Source of the DNA: the human T2T-CHM13v2.0 reference genome, Homo sapiens
Strand: one strand, 5' to 3'
Assembly: GCF_009914755.1 (NCBI RefSeq)
Contig: NC_060926.1
Length of the DNA: 64,000 nt
Shown here one piece after another: positions 40,949 through 54,260 of the stretch. The notes under the pieces are model-generated. The model searched no databases. It was not told the origin of the DNA and saw nothing but the letters and a program-made list of their open reading frames with translations. Positions within the stretch are counted from its first letter, which is position 1; every line of letters starts with the position of its first letter. Both the position numbers and the translations under genes were made by a program.

Positions 40949-42303
40949 CCACAGCAGGGCATGAGAGGCCGTCTAGGGGTGGGCCACTCACAGACAGAGG
41001 AGTTAGAATTAAGGGCGTCCACAAGCCGAGAAGTCCAGAGCCAGAAAAGGCCAAGCAGAGATCTCTAGGGTGTAGCATCACTTTCCTATACAAAGTTAAA
41101 ATGGAAAAAATTTTGTCAAGAAAAATGCAACTTTTTCTGGTAAGGGACTAAGAGAAAAGGAAGATGGGTATGGCTAATGGGGAGGAAATGAGTTAGGAAT
41201 TAATATCTGAGTGTTTGGAAATGTCAGAGGATAAGAAGGTAAAATCTGGGCTGCTGTGATTATCATTTAGTAACCTTAAGCAACAGAGAAAAATACAAGC
41301 TCATGCAGAAATACATTCAGTAGGGGATTGTGGGCAAATATTAATACAAACTGTTCCTGTTTCAAGACATTTATATCAAGGTCTTGGTGAGTCTAATAGA
41401 AAATGGAGCGATAACAAGTAATTCCAAAAGAAAAAATATTCTGCTAAATCTATGGTTAAAATGGATGTAGTTTTCAGTCAGAACAACTGTACTGTATGAA
41501 ACACTGCCAAACTGTTATAATCCTTGGAGGAGGACTGCGATTTAAACAAAACTATTCAAGAATGTTGATTCTCCAAGAAACAAAAACAAACAAACAAAAT
41601 AGATAAAGGTGTTAAGAACCTTGTAATGAAGCAGAAAGAAAATAATCTCGTGCTGGGTTTCCATAATGTTGTATGTCTTCTGTAGGAACGAAAAGTGGCT
41701 GTGCGTACCAAACAAACACAAATCGTATCAACAAAAAACATTCCAAATGTTTCCAAAAAACTGAACATTTGATCAAATGTCTGGATGTTTGGCTATATTT
41801 TCTTAACTGAAATGTGAGGTATGGCAATGCAGGTGCAAGCTGTTCACATTTTTAAAAATATCTTGATAACTAAACATATTAATCACCAGCCATGAGTGCC
41901 TCATCAATCCCTGATATCAAGGTCATTAAGGCAATTGATCTTTGGCAGGCTGTTGATTGATACAGCTCATTGATAATTTTTTATCTGGTATTAATTTGGC
42001 TATTAGAGCCACCTTAAACATAAGTATATTCAAATTTCAAGGGTAATATTTGGGAGACTTTTCTCCTAAATGATGATGGGAGAGTAGGGGAAATAAATGT
42101 CAGATCAGAAAAATTAAAACTATTAAAATCAAATCATTTACCTCATTATGGCCATTACACTTGATAATGGAACAGGACTGCTGTTCAAATGCAGCATATT
42201 ATTGAAAATAACCAAAACACTTGCATCATCTCTCACTTTAGAATATACAAAACACTCTCCAATAGAGTACCTTTTTAATATTCTCTATAATAAGGTGTAG
42301 TAG

Positions 42304-43051
42304 TGTGGTATAATATAAAAATGTGTATGTTTTTTCTCCCTGATTCCTGGCACAGAGCTCCTAATACTCTCAGGATTTCCTGGGCAATAAAAGTGTCTTC
42401 TGTTATTCATAAGGAGTCCCCTTTGAGCACATCTGAATTTATGCTGATAAGATGACTTAGGGTAGGATCCCCAACTATTTTCAGGACCAGGCTGACTACC
42501 AGATAGACCAAGTGATTAAAAGAGTTGGTACTTTCGGCCCCATCCCCACCATCTAAGGAGGACCCAGGGATTGTTGTTTGAGTGCTATAAAACCTTTTAA
42601 ACAATGAGATTCAAAAAGCTTCCAGGTTGGTGACATTATGTACTGGAAGGGTGGCACACCTGGAGAGGGGTTGACAGCTCCATGCCTTTACTGATGTAAT
42701 TCTTCCATCTGGATGTTCCTGATTGCATTCTTTATCATAAACTGGTAATAGTAAGTACCTTTTTTTAGTTCTATGAGTTATTCTAGCAAATTAAAAACAT
42801 GAGGAAGGAGCAACAAAAACCCTCAATTTATAACTGGTTGGCCAGAAATACACGTGGCCACCTGGGACTTGAGAGTGGCATCTGAAGTGGGGGTAGTCTG
42901 TCGGACTGAGACCTTAGCATATGGGGTCTGCATGGATGCCAGATAATTAGTGTCAAAACAGAGTTGAATGGTGGGACAACCAGTTGGTGTCTAGAGAGTT
43001 GGAAAATTGACTGGTGTGAAAAAAAAAAAATCCCACAAATTTAGTGTCAGA
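42304..43051 (+). mobile_element. MER21 (B/C-like) LTR
   Basis: ttcctggcacagagctcctaa, tttatgctgataagatgact, agcttccaggttggtga, tggcatctgaagtggggg, cagttggtgtc. Confidence 0.85.
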
Positions 43052-43689
43052 CTTGACAAACTCTGGCTGATGGTGTTAATGACATCTTCTTTCAAATTGC
43101 AGATGGCAGGTGTGTGTGCGTGTGTGTGTGTATTTGGGGCAGGGTGTGGGCAGTCATGGGAAATAATTCAGAGTCAGGCTAAATATAAATAGCTATACTA
43201 AATGGTAGCAAAAAATACCATGGACCAAGTGGCTTGTATGTGTCAAACTTACGAATTACTAGATAATTACATCGTGAGGCAGAGTCTTCTTAAGGCAGTG
43301 GTTGAGTTAAAAATGAAACTCCAAGCTACAAGGAATGCTTTAGATCACACTTAGAAAACTTGAAATGGAAAATCACAGTGATTTTCCTCAGACATTTTTT
43401 ATTGTAGCTGCTTTTTAAAATATGCAAATATTGTCTAATGATATTAGCTTCATCTTACTTAGCTCATCCATGTGTGACACATTAAGTGTCATCTTAAACT
43501 GATAAATCCGGGCTACGATTTCAACACGGCGGCCCCTTGTGCATTTCTTTCCTCCGGAAATGATCTCAGAGAGCTTCAGATGGAACATAACTCTAATGGC
43601 AAGCTGAACAGATAGGTTCTGTATTCATTTTCAAAATCTGTAAATCCTGGTGGATGGCCTTCTTTGATTGCTATAACAACACACCAAAA

Positions 43690-44245
43690 GTGCAAATCTG
43701 ACTAACCGTTCCTCATAATATCCTTAGTGCTTTCAATACATGTAACCCTTAACTCACTTGAACAGCTCCCAATACTCTTGATGGTAACTTCACCTCCTTG
43801 GTCAGCTCCAGAAGGGCCTTCATTTTCTGCCCCACGCCCAGTCTTGAGCTTCATCGCTGTCTCTCCATCATGGTGCAATCAAAGCATATGGAGCTAATTG
43901 CATTCCTGCATCCTGCTATGCTCCCATATGTTCTCAAGTTGTGCAAGAGTCATTAGATTGTGTGCCTGGAATAAATAGCCTCTTCCATCTCTCCACCTGG
44001 CTGACTCCCACTCATCATTCAAACCCAGGTTAGGTGTCATGTTCTCCCATCCTCTGAGAAGCCACCTCTCTCTGCCAGGCTGTGCTCTTGCTCTGTCTCC
44101 ATAGCTGTTCTTACTTACTGTTGATTCTTACATGGAATTGATGGCATCCTTGCCACTAGAGACTCTGAAATATGTTTAATCGTATGAGTCTGGTGCCTGG
44201 CAGCATGACAAAGAGCAGTCAATGAATGGTTGAGTGAATGGATAA
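43690..44245 (+). mobile_element. L2 3' region
   Basis: tgcctggaat...cacctggctgactcccactcatc...gtgcctggca...tgaatggttgagtgaatg. Confidence 0.7.
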
Positions 44246-44333
44246 AGCCAATATGAAAAAAATTATAGCCTTCTTTCCTAACAGAAATATATTAGTGATA
44301 TGTTTTTCAGATATGCGGTGACCTAGGTTATTT

Positions 44334-44463
44334 GTTTGTTTTATTTTTTTAGAGGTGGGGTCTCACTCTGTCACCTATGCTGGAGTGTGATGGTGAGATC
44401 ATACCTCACTGCAGCCTGGAACTCCTTGAACTCAAGTGAACCTCCTGCCTCAGCCTTGCTAGT
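44334..44463 (-). mobile_element. 5'-truncated AluJ/FRAM right monomer
   Basis: ggggtctcactctgtcacc...tcactgcagcc...ctcaagtgaacctcctgcctcagcc; TSD taggttattt. Confidence 0.85.
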
Positions 44464-44921
44464 GGTGTCTTAGGTTATTTAAAGCACTGTTGACCAAGGA
44501 TGGAAATGACATAAACAAATTTTACAAATGTCTGTGGCAAATGCCAACTGTGTATGGCACATCTAATTTAACAGAATTTAAAGGCAAAGCATGGTTTGGT
44601 GGAGAGTAACAATTATTATTGTATTCTGCCAATGTTTTCAGAATATTTAATTCACGCATTTCAGATAACACAAAGGATCCTGAAATTATATTTTTACTTC
44701 TATTTCTGTGCTTCCTCTATATTGGAGCAATGGTGTGGAATGGTAGCACAACAAGGGCTAGTAGAACAGCTGAAGTGTTCATTGAAATGGTCAAGATTGT
44801 CTTTAAAGAAAGGAACAATCCCTACAGAACCATATCATGATTTGACAACTTTGCAGCATACTTCTATGGTATAAGTGTTTTCACAACTGTCTATTCAAAC
44901 TATTTTACGACTTTTCTCTTA

Positions 44922-45356
<435 letters not shown>

Positions 45357-45579
45357 CTACCAAGCCTCCTGCATCTGCTTTCCCTCCTGTAAAAAAGGAG
45401 AAAGTACCCACATGGCTATCATTTTTCACTACATGGTAGAAACCATCCCCTTTTACCTTTTCATTAATTTTCTTCTACATTAATTATGTATTTTTATTAT
45501 TAATGTCTTATGTAATAAACCGCTTTCTATTGGTTTATTCCCATTGTGGTACACTATCTCCCAACTTTAAGTAAATGCA

Positions 45580-46890
45580 TAAGCCCTTCCTAAACCCTAC
45601 AATTCTTTCCAGGTATTGCCCCATTTTTCAACAGCACTTTACAGCCAAACTTCTTGAAAGAATGATTGATAACTGCTAATTCCACTATTACATCTCATTT
45701 TTGCCCAACACACTGCAACCAAGATCTTGATCCCACCGCCTTAAGTCTTGTTTGGTAAAACAGTCAATAATCTTTGTGTCGTATTTGTCAGCACAACTGA
45801 CTACTCTTCTTAGAATTCTGGGAGAACACACAATCCTGGTTTCTATCAACTTGATAGACTTCCTTCTCAGTCTCTTCAGCTGCTTCCTTCTCTTTTCAAT
45901 CTCTAGATGATTTGGCTAACAGGCTTACTCTTGAGCCCCCTCCTCTTATCTAATCACCATTTCTCTATATGTAATTTTAACCATAGCATTTTAAAAAAAC
46001 ATATTACACATTTGTTGATGATGCCCAGACTTGTATCTCCAACCTTCAATGGGAATCTCTGTCTCATATACTCAACTTGCCTACTTGAGCTCTCCGTCTT
46101 CATGGAGACAAGTAGCTTAATGTGCCACAAATAATCACTTGATTTCATACTTCAAACCTTAAAATTACCTCCCCCACAGTCTCATCTATTTCAGTCAATG
46201 GCCCTATCATTTATCCAGTGGCTCAGTGCAGAAATTCAGAAGTCAACATGCTTTTTCTCTTTCCATTGTCCTCTCCATCAAATCTATCAACAAAGCTTGA
46301 CCCAGAAAATATGTATCATACATGATAGCTTGTCTCCATCTTCACTGCTACCACCCTAATGTAAGCCAATATGGGGGTTCTTTTTTTTTCCTTTTGCAGC
46401 CTCCTAACTTATCTTTATTATTTGGCTCCACACAACTGCTGGAGTGATATTTTTAATTGCAAATCAGAATACGGTCCACACCTGTTTAAATTGTTTCAGT
46501 GGTTGTCTCTGCACCTGAAGTCAAAATCAAAATTTTTAATGTAATTCCAAAGTCCTCCATGACCTGGCTTCTACCTGCTTTGTCAACTGTGTCTCTAACG
46601 ACTCTGTCACAGTCAAGCTTAGTGTGGCTGGCCTTCTCATTGTTTTTTATCGAATATATCAGACTTGCTACCACATTAAAGCTGTGGCACAAGTGGTTTC
46701 CTCTATGTGGAGTCTTTTTCTACTAGATCTTTACATGGCTGCCTCCTTTAAACATTCATGTCTCAGATCAAATTTAATATTATCAGTGAAGTCTTCCTTG
46801 AATATCTGATTAGAGTCTTCCTCCCTTCACCTATCGATACCTAACACCTACTATACCTCCAAGTTTCATATTTTCCTCGCACCATTGTCC
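45580..46890 (+). mobile_element. L2 (L2a-like) RT to 3' region
   Basis: YCPIF...TAKLLER (cf. YRPISL..KLLER); ttgatgatgcccag (cf. YADD); typical pyrimidine-rich L2 3' sequence. Confidence 0.8.
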
Positions 46891-47279
46891 ATATGTGTTT
46901 ATGGGTATAAATATAAACACAAACTTAGTGGTGAATATAGATAAGTAACGCATACACACTCCCCAAACAAAATTTAATCTTGGTTGGAAAACACCCAGAC
47001 CTTGTGCTTTTTTTCCTCTAACCTCAAATATTAAGTTTCCATCTTCTATACGTAGTAGTTGAATCAGGTAAATGACATAATAGATAGAACTTAATGTTCA
47101 CATCAGAGGCAAATATAATTTTTAAGACACACAGACATCTCTGAGACTTGCTATCTGCTCAGAGAAAAATTACAGGCTGAAAAGATGGAAGGGACAGGAA
47201 CTTCAATAGAAAATAACAATTAAAGCTTTTAAGAGCCAAGCAAATGGAGAAAGGAAGTAGCATAAAGAATGCAGAGAAA

Positions 47280-47573
<294 letters not shown>

Positions 47574-49534
47574 AAGAATACAGAGAAACACTCGAGGAGG
47601 GCAGTCTCAGTAGAACTTGGACAACTGATATGGAAACATCACAGATGCCTGCAGAGAAAAACTCCTTTTTTTTTTTTTAGCTGTCTTTCTCTTTCTATTT
47701 CTCCTTGACTGTAATTGAAAGTGGGTGGACATGTGTACATAAACTGCTCAAATCCCTTGGGTCTGATGACACATGTGAGATGAGCTGGAAGTCTCCTCCA
47801 AACTAGACTGAAAACCAGGACACAACTGGTGTCCTATTTTTCTTGCAAATAATTGGCTATTTGCAAGAAATAGCCATTTCAACCATGATTCTGCTTTCAA
47901 ACTTTCCTTAATTGCTGAATACCAATAGACACTGCTTTGTTGAGCATTCCCAAACTGAAGACAGAGGGACCATTTGTTGGCTTCCAAGAGGCTGCTTGCC
48001 ACGGGCAATGTCAGTGTTCTGGAAGTGTGCATTCTTCCTATCAGAGTGAGCAGAAGAGAGCATTTCAGCAGCCAAAGCACAGTAAAACATTAAGTTGATA
48101 GAAGACAATGAGTATAGGATGGCGCATTGGTTCAATACACTGTGGGAATTCATGGATATGCACCAATTGCCTCTTTAGCTGTCCCTCAGAGTGCCCCAGA
48201 ATTCAGGAAGTATAAAGTCAGGAAAGCACACAGTAAATAACTAGACATTAGACATATCACAGAATGAGATTGCATTTCATTTTTTTTTTGCCCAGGAGCC
48301 AACTGCAGTTTCAACAACCTCACGTAAACTGCTTTTTTGTGCACATCTGAAATCAAGGCCATTCAGAAGCAGTAAGAGCTGGTCAGCACCTGATAGCCTG
48401 AAATGGCCATGTGTGCACTTTCACGCTCCAAAATAATTTGATCTGTATAACCTGGGAAAGCAGCTCCTCGTGGGATGAGGAATGTTTATGTAGATTGGTA
48501 AAGTAGCACACAGAAGCTGCAAAACTTCAGGAACAGGAAAAATCATGATCAGAGAATAAACTAGTGTTAAATAAGTGAAGTGCTGGGCTATCAGCATGAG
48601 CGTAGTGCATGCAAATATGCCTCAGGTAATTTAACACTAATTACTAAAAAGCTGTGTTTTTCTGACCTTCTCTCCCACATTCCTCTCTGCTTATGCATAT
48701 TTGGCTTTCCTGTATTTCTTTTTCTCGGTTTAGTCTTTATTAGGTCAACTAGGAGAGTGCAACACATGGCTGTGACTGTAATATAAAATGTTGGGCTTAT
48801 TTGGGGATTTCCATATAGACATCTTCAGCAACTCCAGCAATCCCCACAGGAGGTATAGAGTCTTTTAAATATATGTGTATGCTTAAATATATTCATGTGT
48901 TTATTTCTACTAATACCTACACAGTATGACTATTTCAACTTTGCTCTGCTTGTAAATCTAATAGAACAAAATCCAAAAAAAAAAAGAAATCAGAGTTACA
49001 GTTTATTCAAGCAAGATCTCCATTACAGACTTAAGTGGCCTCTGACCTTCAAGGAGGAATTTCTGCCAACACAGAGCTATGAAAAGCAGATAAGGGATTG
49101 AAAAACCTTGCTAAGTTGTCTCTGAGAGTTATTGTAGATAGATGCTATTTGAAAGACTGAAAAGGATTTAAATATGTAACACTGTTGCAATAGTTCTCAC
49201 TGGATTATGCAAAAGACTTCTCGCTGACTCTTAAGCACAGATTCGTTAATGCTTTGCTCTGTTTACCTCATCTTCCAATATACTATGTGTTTGCTTTTAG
49301 CTGGGGTTACCCACTGCTTCCTGAGTCTCCCTTAATCATCTCACACTAGATAACACCTCCATCATGTTGGAAAATAAGAATACAAACTGAAATCCAGTGT
49401 TACATTTTTCATCATCAATTGTTGTCAAAACCCAAGTAAGAAGAACATGACAAGATAATCATTGGCACTGAAGAATATAGCATTCTATTCTTCCGTAATA
49501 TAGTAAATTTTATTTTTGGCTACATATTACTTAT

Positions 49535-49656
49535 GAGTCTCATCTACTAGTAGACTATAAAGTCCATAGGAACAAAGACTGAATCTTGGTCATATTTTAT
49601 TCATAGCATCTAGCAAATGTCTGGCACATCCTTGGCTCACATTGAATAGTTGAATT
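49535..49656 (+). mobile_element. L2 3' end
   Basis: tagactataaagtccatagg...agcatctagcaaatgtctggcacat...gttgaat. Confidence 0.7.
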
Positions 49657-49924
49657 ATTTTTTTTTATAAAAGCTCATTGGAAGAGTTCGTGGCCAGACA
49701 TGGTGGCTCACATTTGTAAAGCTAGCACTTTGGGAGGCCGAGGTGGGAAGATCTCTTGAGTCCACCTGTTTGAGACCAAACTGGGCTTCACAGCGAGACC
49801 TCCTCTCTACAAAAAATAAAAAGGTAGCTTGGCATGATTCTGTGTGCCTGTAGTCCCAGCTATTCAGGAGACTAAGGCAGGGGGAACCTACGGAGCCTGG
49901 GAATTCAAAGTTACAGTGAGCCAT

Positions 49925-51435
49925 AGGATCCGGAATTGGTGGGTTCTTGGTCTCACTGACTTCAAGAATGAAGCCACGGACCCTCACAGTGAGTGTTACA
50001 GTTCTTCTAGACGGTGTGTCTGGAGTTTGTTCCTTCGGACCCTCAAAGTGAGTGTTACAGTTCTTATAGACGGTGTGTCCGGAGTTTGTTCCTTCTGATG
50101 TTCGGACGTGTTCGGAGTTTCTTCCTTCTGGTGGGTTTGCAGTCTCGCTGGCTTCAGGAGTGAAGCTGCAAACCTTTGCGGTTGAGTGTTACAGCTCTTA
50201 AGACAGCACATCCGGAGTTGTTCATTCCTCCCACTGGGTTCATGGTCTCACTGCCCTCAGGAGCGAAGCTGCAGACCTTCGTGGTGAGTGTTACAGCTCA
50301 TACAGCCAGCGCGGACCCAAACAGTGAGCAGCACCAAGATTTATTACAAAGAGCGAAAGAACACGGCCTCCACACTCTGGAATGGAACCAAGCAGCTTGC
50401 TGCTGCTAGCTCAGGCAGCCTGCTTTTATTCCCTTCTCCGGCCCCACCCACATCCTGCTGATTGGTCCATTTTAGAGAGAGCTGATTGGTCCGTTTTGAC
50501 AGGGTGCTGATTGGTGGGTTTACAATCCGTGAGCTAGACAAACGTTCTCCAAGTCCCCACTAGATTAGCCAGACACAGAGCATTGATTGGTGCATTTACA
50601 AACCTTGAGCTAGACACAGGGTGCTGATTGGTGTATTTACAAACCTTGAGCTAAACACAGAGTGCTGATTGGTGTATTTACAATCCATTAGCTAGACATA
50701 AAGGTTCTCCAAGTCCCCACTAGATTAGCTAGGTACTGAGTGCTGATAACTGCATTTACAAACCTTGAGCTACACACAGAGTGCTGATTGGTGTATTTAC
50801 AAACCTTGAGCTAGAGAGAGTGCTGATTGTATTTACAATCCCTTAGCTAGACATAAAGGTTCTCCAAGTCCCCACCAGACTCAGGAGCCCAGCTGGCTTC
50901 ACCTAGTGGATCCTGCACCAGGGCGCGGGCAGCCAGTACCGTGCCATGTGCCTGCACTCCTCAGCCCTTCGGCGGTTGATGGGACTTGGGACCGGGCTCA
51001 GCGGAGCAGGAGGAGGCGCTGGTCGGGGAGGTTCCCGCGGGCGTGCAGGAGCCCACGGAGGCGGAAGCTCAGGCATGGCGTGCTGCAGGTCCCCAGCCCT
51101 GCCTCGCGGGGAGGCAGCTGAGGCCCCACGAGAATTCGAGCGCATTGCCCCTCACTGCCCTGGGCCGCTCCGAGTGCGGGGCCCGCCAAACCCACGCCCA
51201 CCCAGAATTCGCGCTGACCCCTGAGCGCTATGCGCAGCCCGGGTTCCCGCCCTGCTTCTCCCTCCACACCTCCCCGCAAACAGAGGGAGCTGGCTCCGGC
51301 CTGGGACAGCAGAGAGAGGGGCTCCCACAGTGCAGCGGCAGGCTGAAGGGTTCCTCAAGCATGGCCAGAGTGGACGCCATGGCCTGAGGAGGTGCCGAGA
51401 GGGAGCCAGAGCTGCTAGGACGTTGTCACCTCTCA
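49925..51435 (-). mobile_element. LTR12 (LTR12C-like, ERV9/HERV9) solo LTR
   Basis: 1511 bp; minus strand begins tgagaggtgacaacgt and ends accaattccgga; ctgattgg tandem repeats; 4-bp TSD ccat. Confidence 0.95.
50400..50880 (-). promoter_or_regulatory. LTR12 U3 enhancer repeats and core promoter (7 CCAAT boxes, AATAAA TATA-like box at 50425-50430)
   Basis: gattgg motifs counted between 50460 and 50791; gggaataaaagcaggctgcc on the - strand matches the known ERV9 promoter layout. Confidence 0.75.
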
Positions 51436-51624
51436 CCATGATTGTGCCACTGCGCTCCAGCCTGTGAAGACTTTGTTTAAAGGTTATAGATTTTAATCTA
51501 TCTATTAATCTAGTAATAAAATAATTGGAGGAGGTGAGAAACTATAGGTTCAATTTGTTACAGGATATTAGAAGGTAAATAATATTATAAGGTTCATAAT
51601 ATTGAAAGGTAAAAATATATTTCA

Positions 51625-52770
51625 CATTCATTTAGTCACTAATCTTTAATCCCTATTATGTGCTACAGAAACAACAGTGAAGAAAGACAGATCCCTACCA
51701 CAAATAGCTAGAATGGGAATGTGAGAAAGTAGACAAGATACACACACGCGCGCACACACACACACAAACATATTTGACACAGCTAAGGGAAACAAGACAG
51801 GAAAGAGGGTTGGGAAGTGTGGTGGTAGTTGGTGAGGCACTGACATTTTAGTTGCAGTGACCACGAGAAGCCTTACTCAAGGTACATCTCAGCAAGCACT
51901 CAAGGGAAATGTAGGAGTGAGCAAGACTGCTCTGTTGCAAAAGCTCTGAAGAAGCAGCATGTCCATATGCTCATGACATGGCTTGGAGACCAAGCTGGCT
52001 ACAGTGGACAGAATGACAAGGTAAGGAGTAGCTGAAGTCAGAGAAGCATCATGCAGAACTTCGCAGGTCAGGAAGAGCTTTTATTTATTTACATAGTAAT
52101 ATGGGGATATATTGAGCAGAACTGTGACATAATATGACTACTATTTTAACAGGATCATGCTAGACACTATGTTCAGAAACAAAGATACTAAATACATTTG
52201 TTTTAAAAACTTGAAATATTTTAGGCAAATGTGGTGGTAGCTTAAACTACGCTAGTAGTGGAGGTGATAGTAGGAAGTAAATTCTGGATATATTTCTAAT
52301 GCATAACCAGCAGCATTTTGTGATATGTGATGGGAAAGGGGGAAAAAAGAGTCAAGAATTATTTCAAGGTTTTGTTCTAAATTGCTGGAAGGATAGACTT
52401 GCCATTAATAAGGATAGAGAAGAACACTTTAGAAATTAAGGTGGTATGCGGAAAATGAAGTATCAGGAACTCAACATCTGAATGTGGGAGTCATCAGCAC
52501 ATAGATCCATGAGACTGGATGAGATCACCTACAGAATGAATGTTGATAGGAAATTGAAGAGGTCTGGGGAATACTCAAATTTAGAGGTTGGGATAGTGGG
52601 GGAAAGTGACAAAGTAGAGAAAGAACAGCCAGAGAAGCAAGAAGAAAACCAGGTGACAATTGGTTCATGGTAGTCAAGTGAAGAAATAGCTCAAGGGTGA
52701 GAATGATCAACTGTGTTGAATGTTAAGGACAAAGGAAGCAAGACGAAGACTAAAAAGTTACCATCAAGTT
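51625..52770 (-). mobile_element. L2 (antisense) with a CA/CG microsatellite at ~51740-51768
   Basis: acagtgaagaaagacagatccct, ttttaacaggatca, gagtcaagaatt, tgggagtcatcagcacatag, gccagagaagcaagaagaaaacc. Confidence 0.8.
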
Positions 52771-52784
52771 GTTTCTTAGGTTTT

Positions 52785-54260
52785 TACTAACATTCCTGCC
52801 ATATACCCTTTGTTCATAACCAGCATATGTTAATGTTTTGCCTCATTTACATTATAATTCCCCGTATATATCTATATGTAGAATATACATAAGAATCTCT
52901 CTCTATATATATAGATATGTATTTTTTCTGTATGATTTGTTGAAAACATCATACTTCCTCCTAAATAGTTTAGTGTTTCCTAAGAATGAGTACATTCTCT
53001 TATATAATGTCAGTACATTTGGCAAAATTAACAAACTAAAGATTAATATATAATGATGTAACCCATTACCCCATTTAAATTTTGTCCGTTTTCCCAAAAA
53101 TGTCTCTTATAGTTAATATTTTCCTAGCCCAAGATCAAATGCAGTAGCATACACTGTAATTAGTTTTCATATCTCCTTAGTCTCTTTTAATTCGAAGTAG
53201 TTTATCAGCCTTTCCATATCTTTACTGACTTTGACATCTTGTAAGTGTATACATCAATTATTTTTTAGAATGTACCTCAGTTTGAGTTTGTCTGAGGTTG
53301 CCTCGTGATTAGACTCTGCATTTTTCGTAGCAATAGCATAACAGTGATACTACATCCTTCTTAGAATATCTTATTCAGAGGCAAATGATGTCAGTTTTTT
53401 CCAGTGTTGGTAATGTGAAGTTTGATAACTTGGTAAAGATGGTGTTGGCCAGGTTTCTCTACAATGGAGCTACCATTTTTCCTTTTCAGTAATTTATGGG
53501 GAGATAATTTGAGACATGTAAATATTTAGTTTCACATTAAATTTTCACCTGTAACTTGTAAGACAAATTGATAATTTTCTAACCTCATTATTCTTTTTAT
53601 ATTGATTGATTGATACTCTACTGTAAGGAAGAGCTTAATGTTCTTTATTATTTTTTACATGGTTATTTGTTTTGCTTATTTATATCATATATTAATGGAT
53701 TTTTTAAAATTACACAAAGGATAATAATCTATTACTATAATTATTTATATTTATGCTCAAATTGTTCCAGGACCAGCCATTGCAATCCCATTCATTTAAG
53801 CTCCTGTGCCCCTTTGACATGTCACCATTCTCCATTCATCATATCTTCACTTTCTGGTGCAATAAGATGTCCCAAGATCATTGTAGAATTTCCTTGTCCA
53901 AGCTGTGGCATTAGGCATTTATCTAAGGAAACATGTTTCCTTTTAGTTAAGAATGATATTTAGAAATAAAGAACTGGTTGTTTGTAGGCCATTTGTATAT
54001 CTTCCTTGGTGAAGTATCTTTTCAAGTCTTTTCTCCGTTTTTTAATCTGTTTGAGTTTTTATAGTATTCTAGGTAAAAAGCCCTTGTTAGATATATGTGT
54101 CTCTAATCTCCAAACCTGTGGCTTAACTATTAGTTTCCTTAAAGATGAGTTTTAATGAGCAATTTAAAAAATATTGATTATGTCTTTTTGTCACTTTTTT
54201 CTTTTATGTGTATTGTTTCCTGTGTCCTATTAATTAATCTTTGCCTACATCAAATTTTAA
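52785..54260 (-). mobile_element. Old L1 (L1MD/ME-like) 3' UTR and ORF2 end; continues at ~61358
   Basis: tcctaagaatgagtacattctctta, ggtaaagatggtgttggccagg, ggccatttgtatatcttcc, aatctttgccta. Confidence 0.75.

Larger units (their letters stand above)
49692..51481 (+). mobile_element. AluJ split by LTR12 (arms 49692-49924 and 51436-51481)
   Basis: ...cagtgagccat | LTR | ccatgattgtgccactgcgctccagcctg reconstitutes the Alu right arm. Confidence 0.92.

Noticed and set aside
47748-48153. 110-aa and 81-aa minus-strand ORFs in unique DNA
   Set aside because: No recognisable domain or exon structure; lengths compatible with chance
50450-50880. Regularly spaced ~40-bp repeats resembling a CRISPR array
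   Set aside because: These are the known ERV9 U3 enhancer repeats, with no unique spacers and no cas genes, in primate DNA
50903-51439. Cluster of overlapping GC-rich ORFs up to 133 aa
   Set aside because: Lies within LTR12 U3; long ORFs are expected from stop-poor GC-rich DNA
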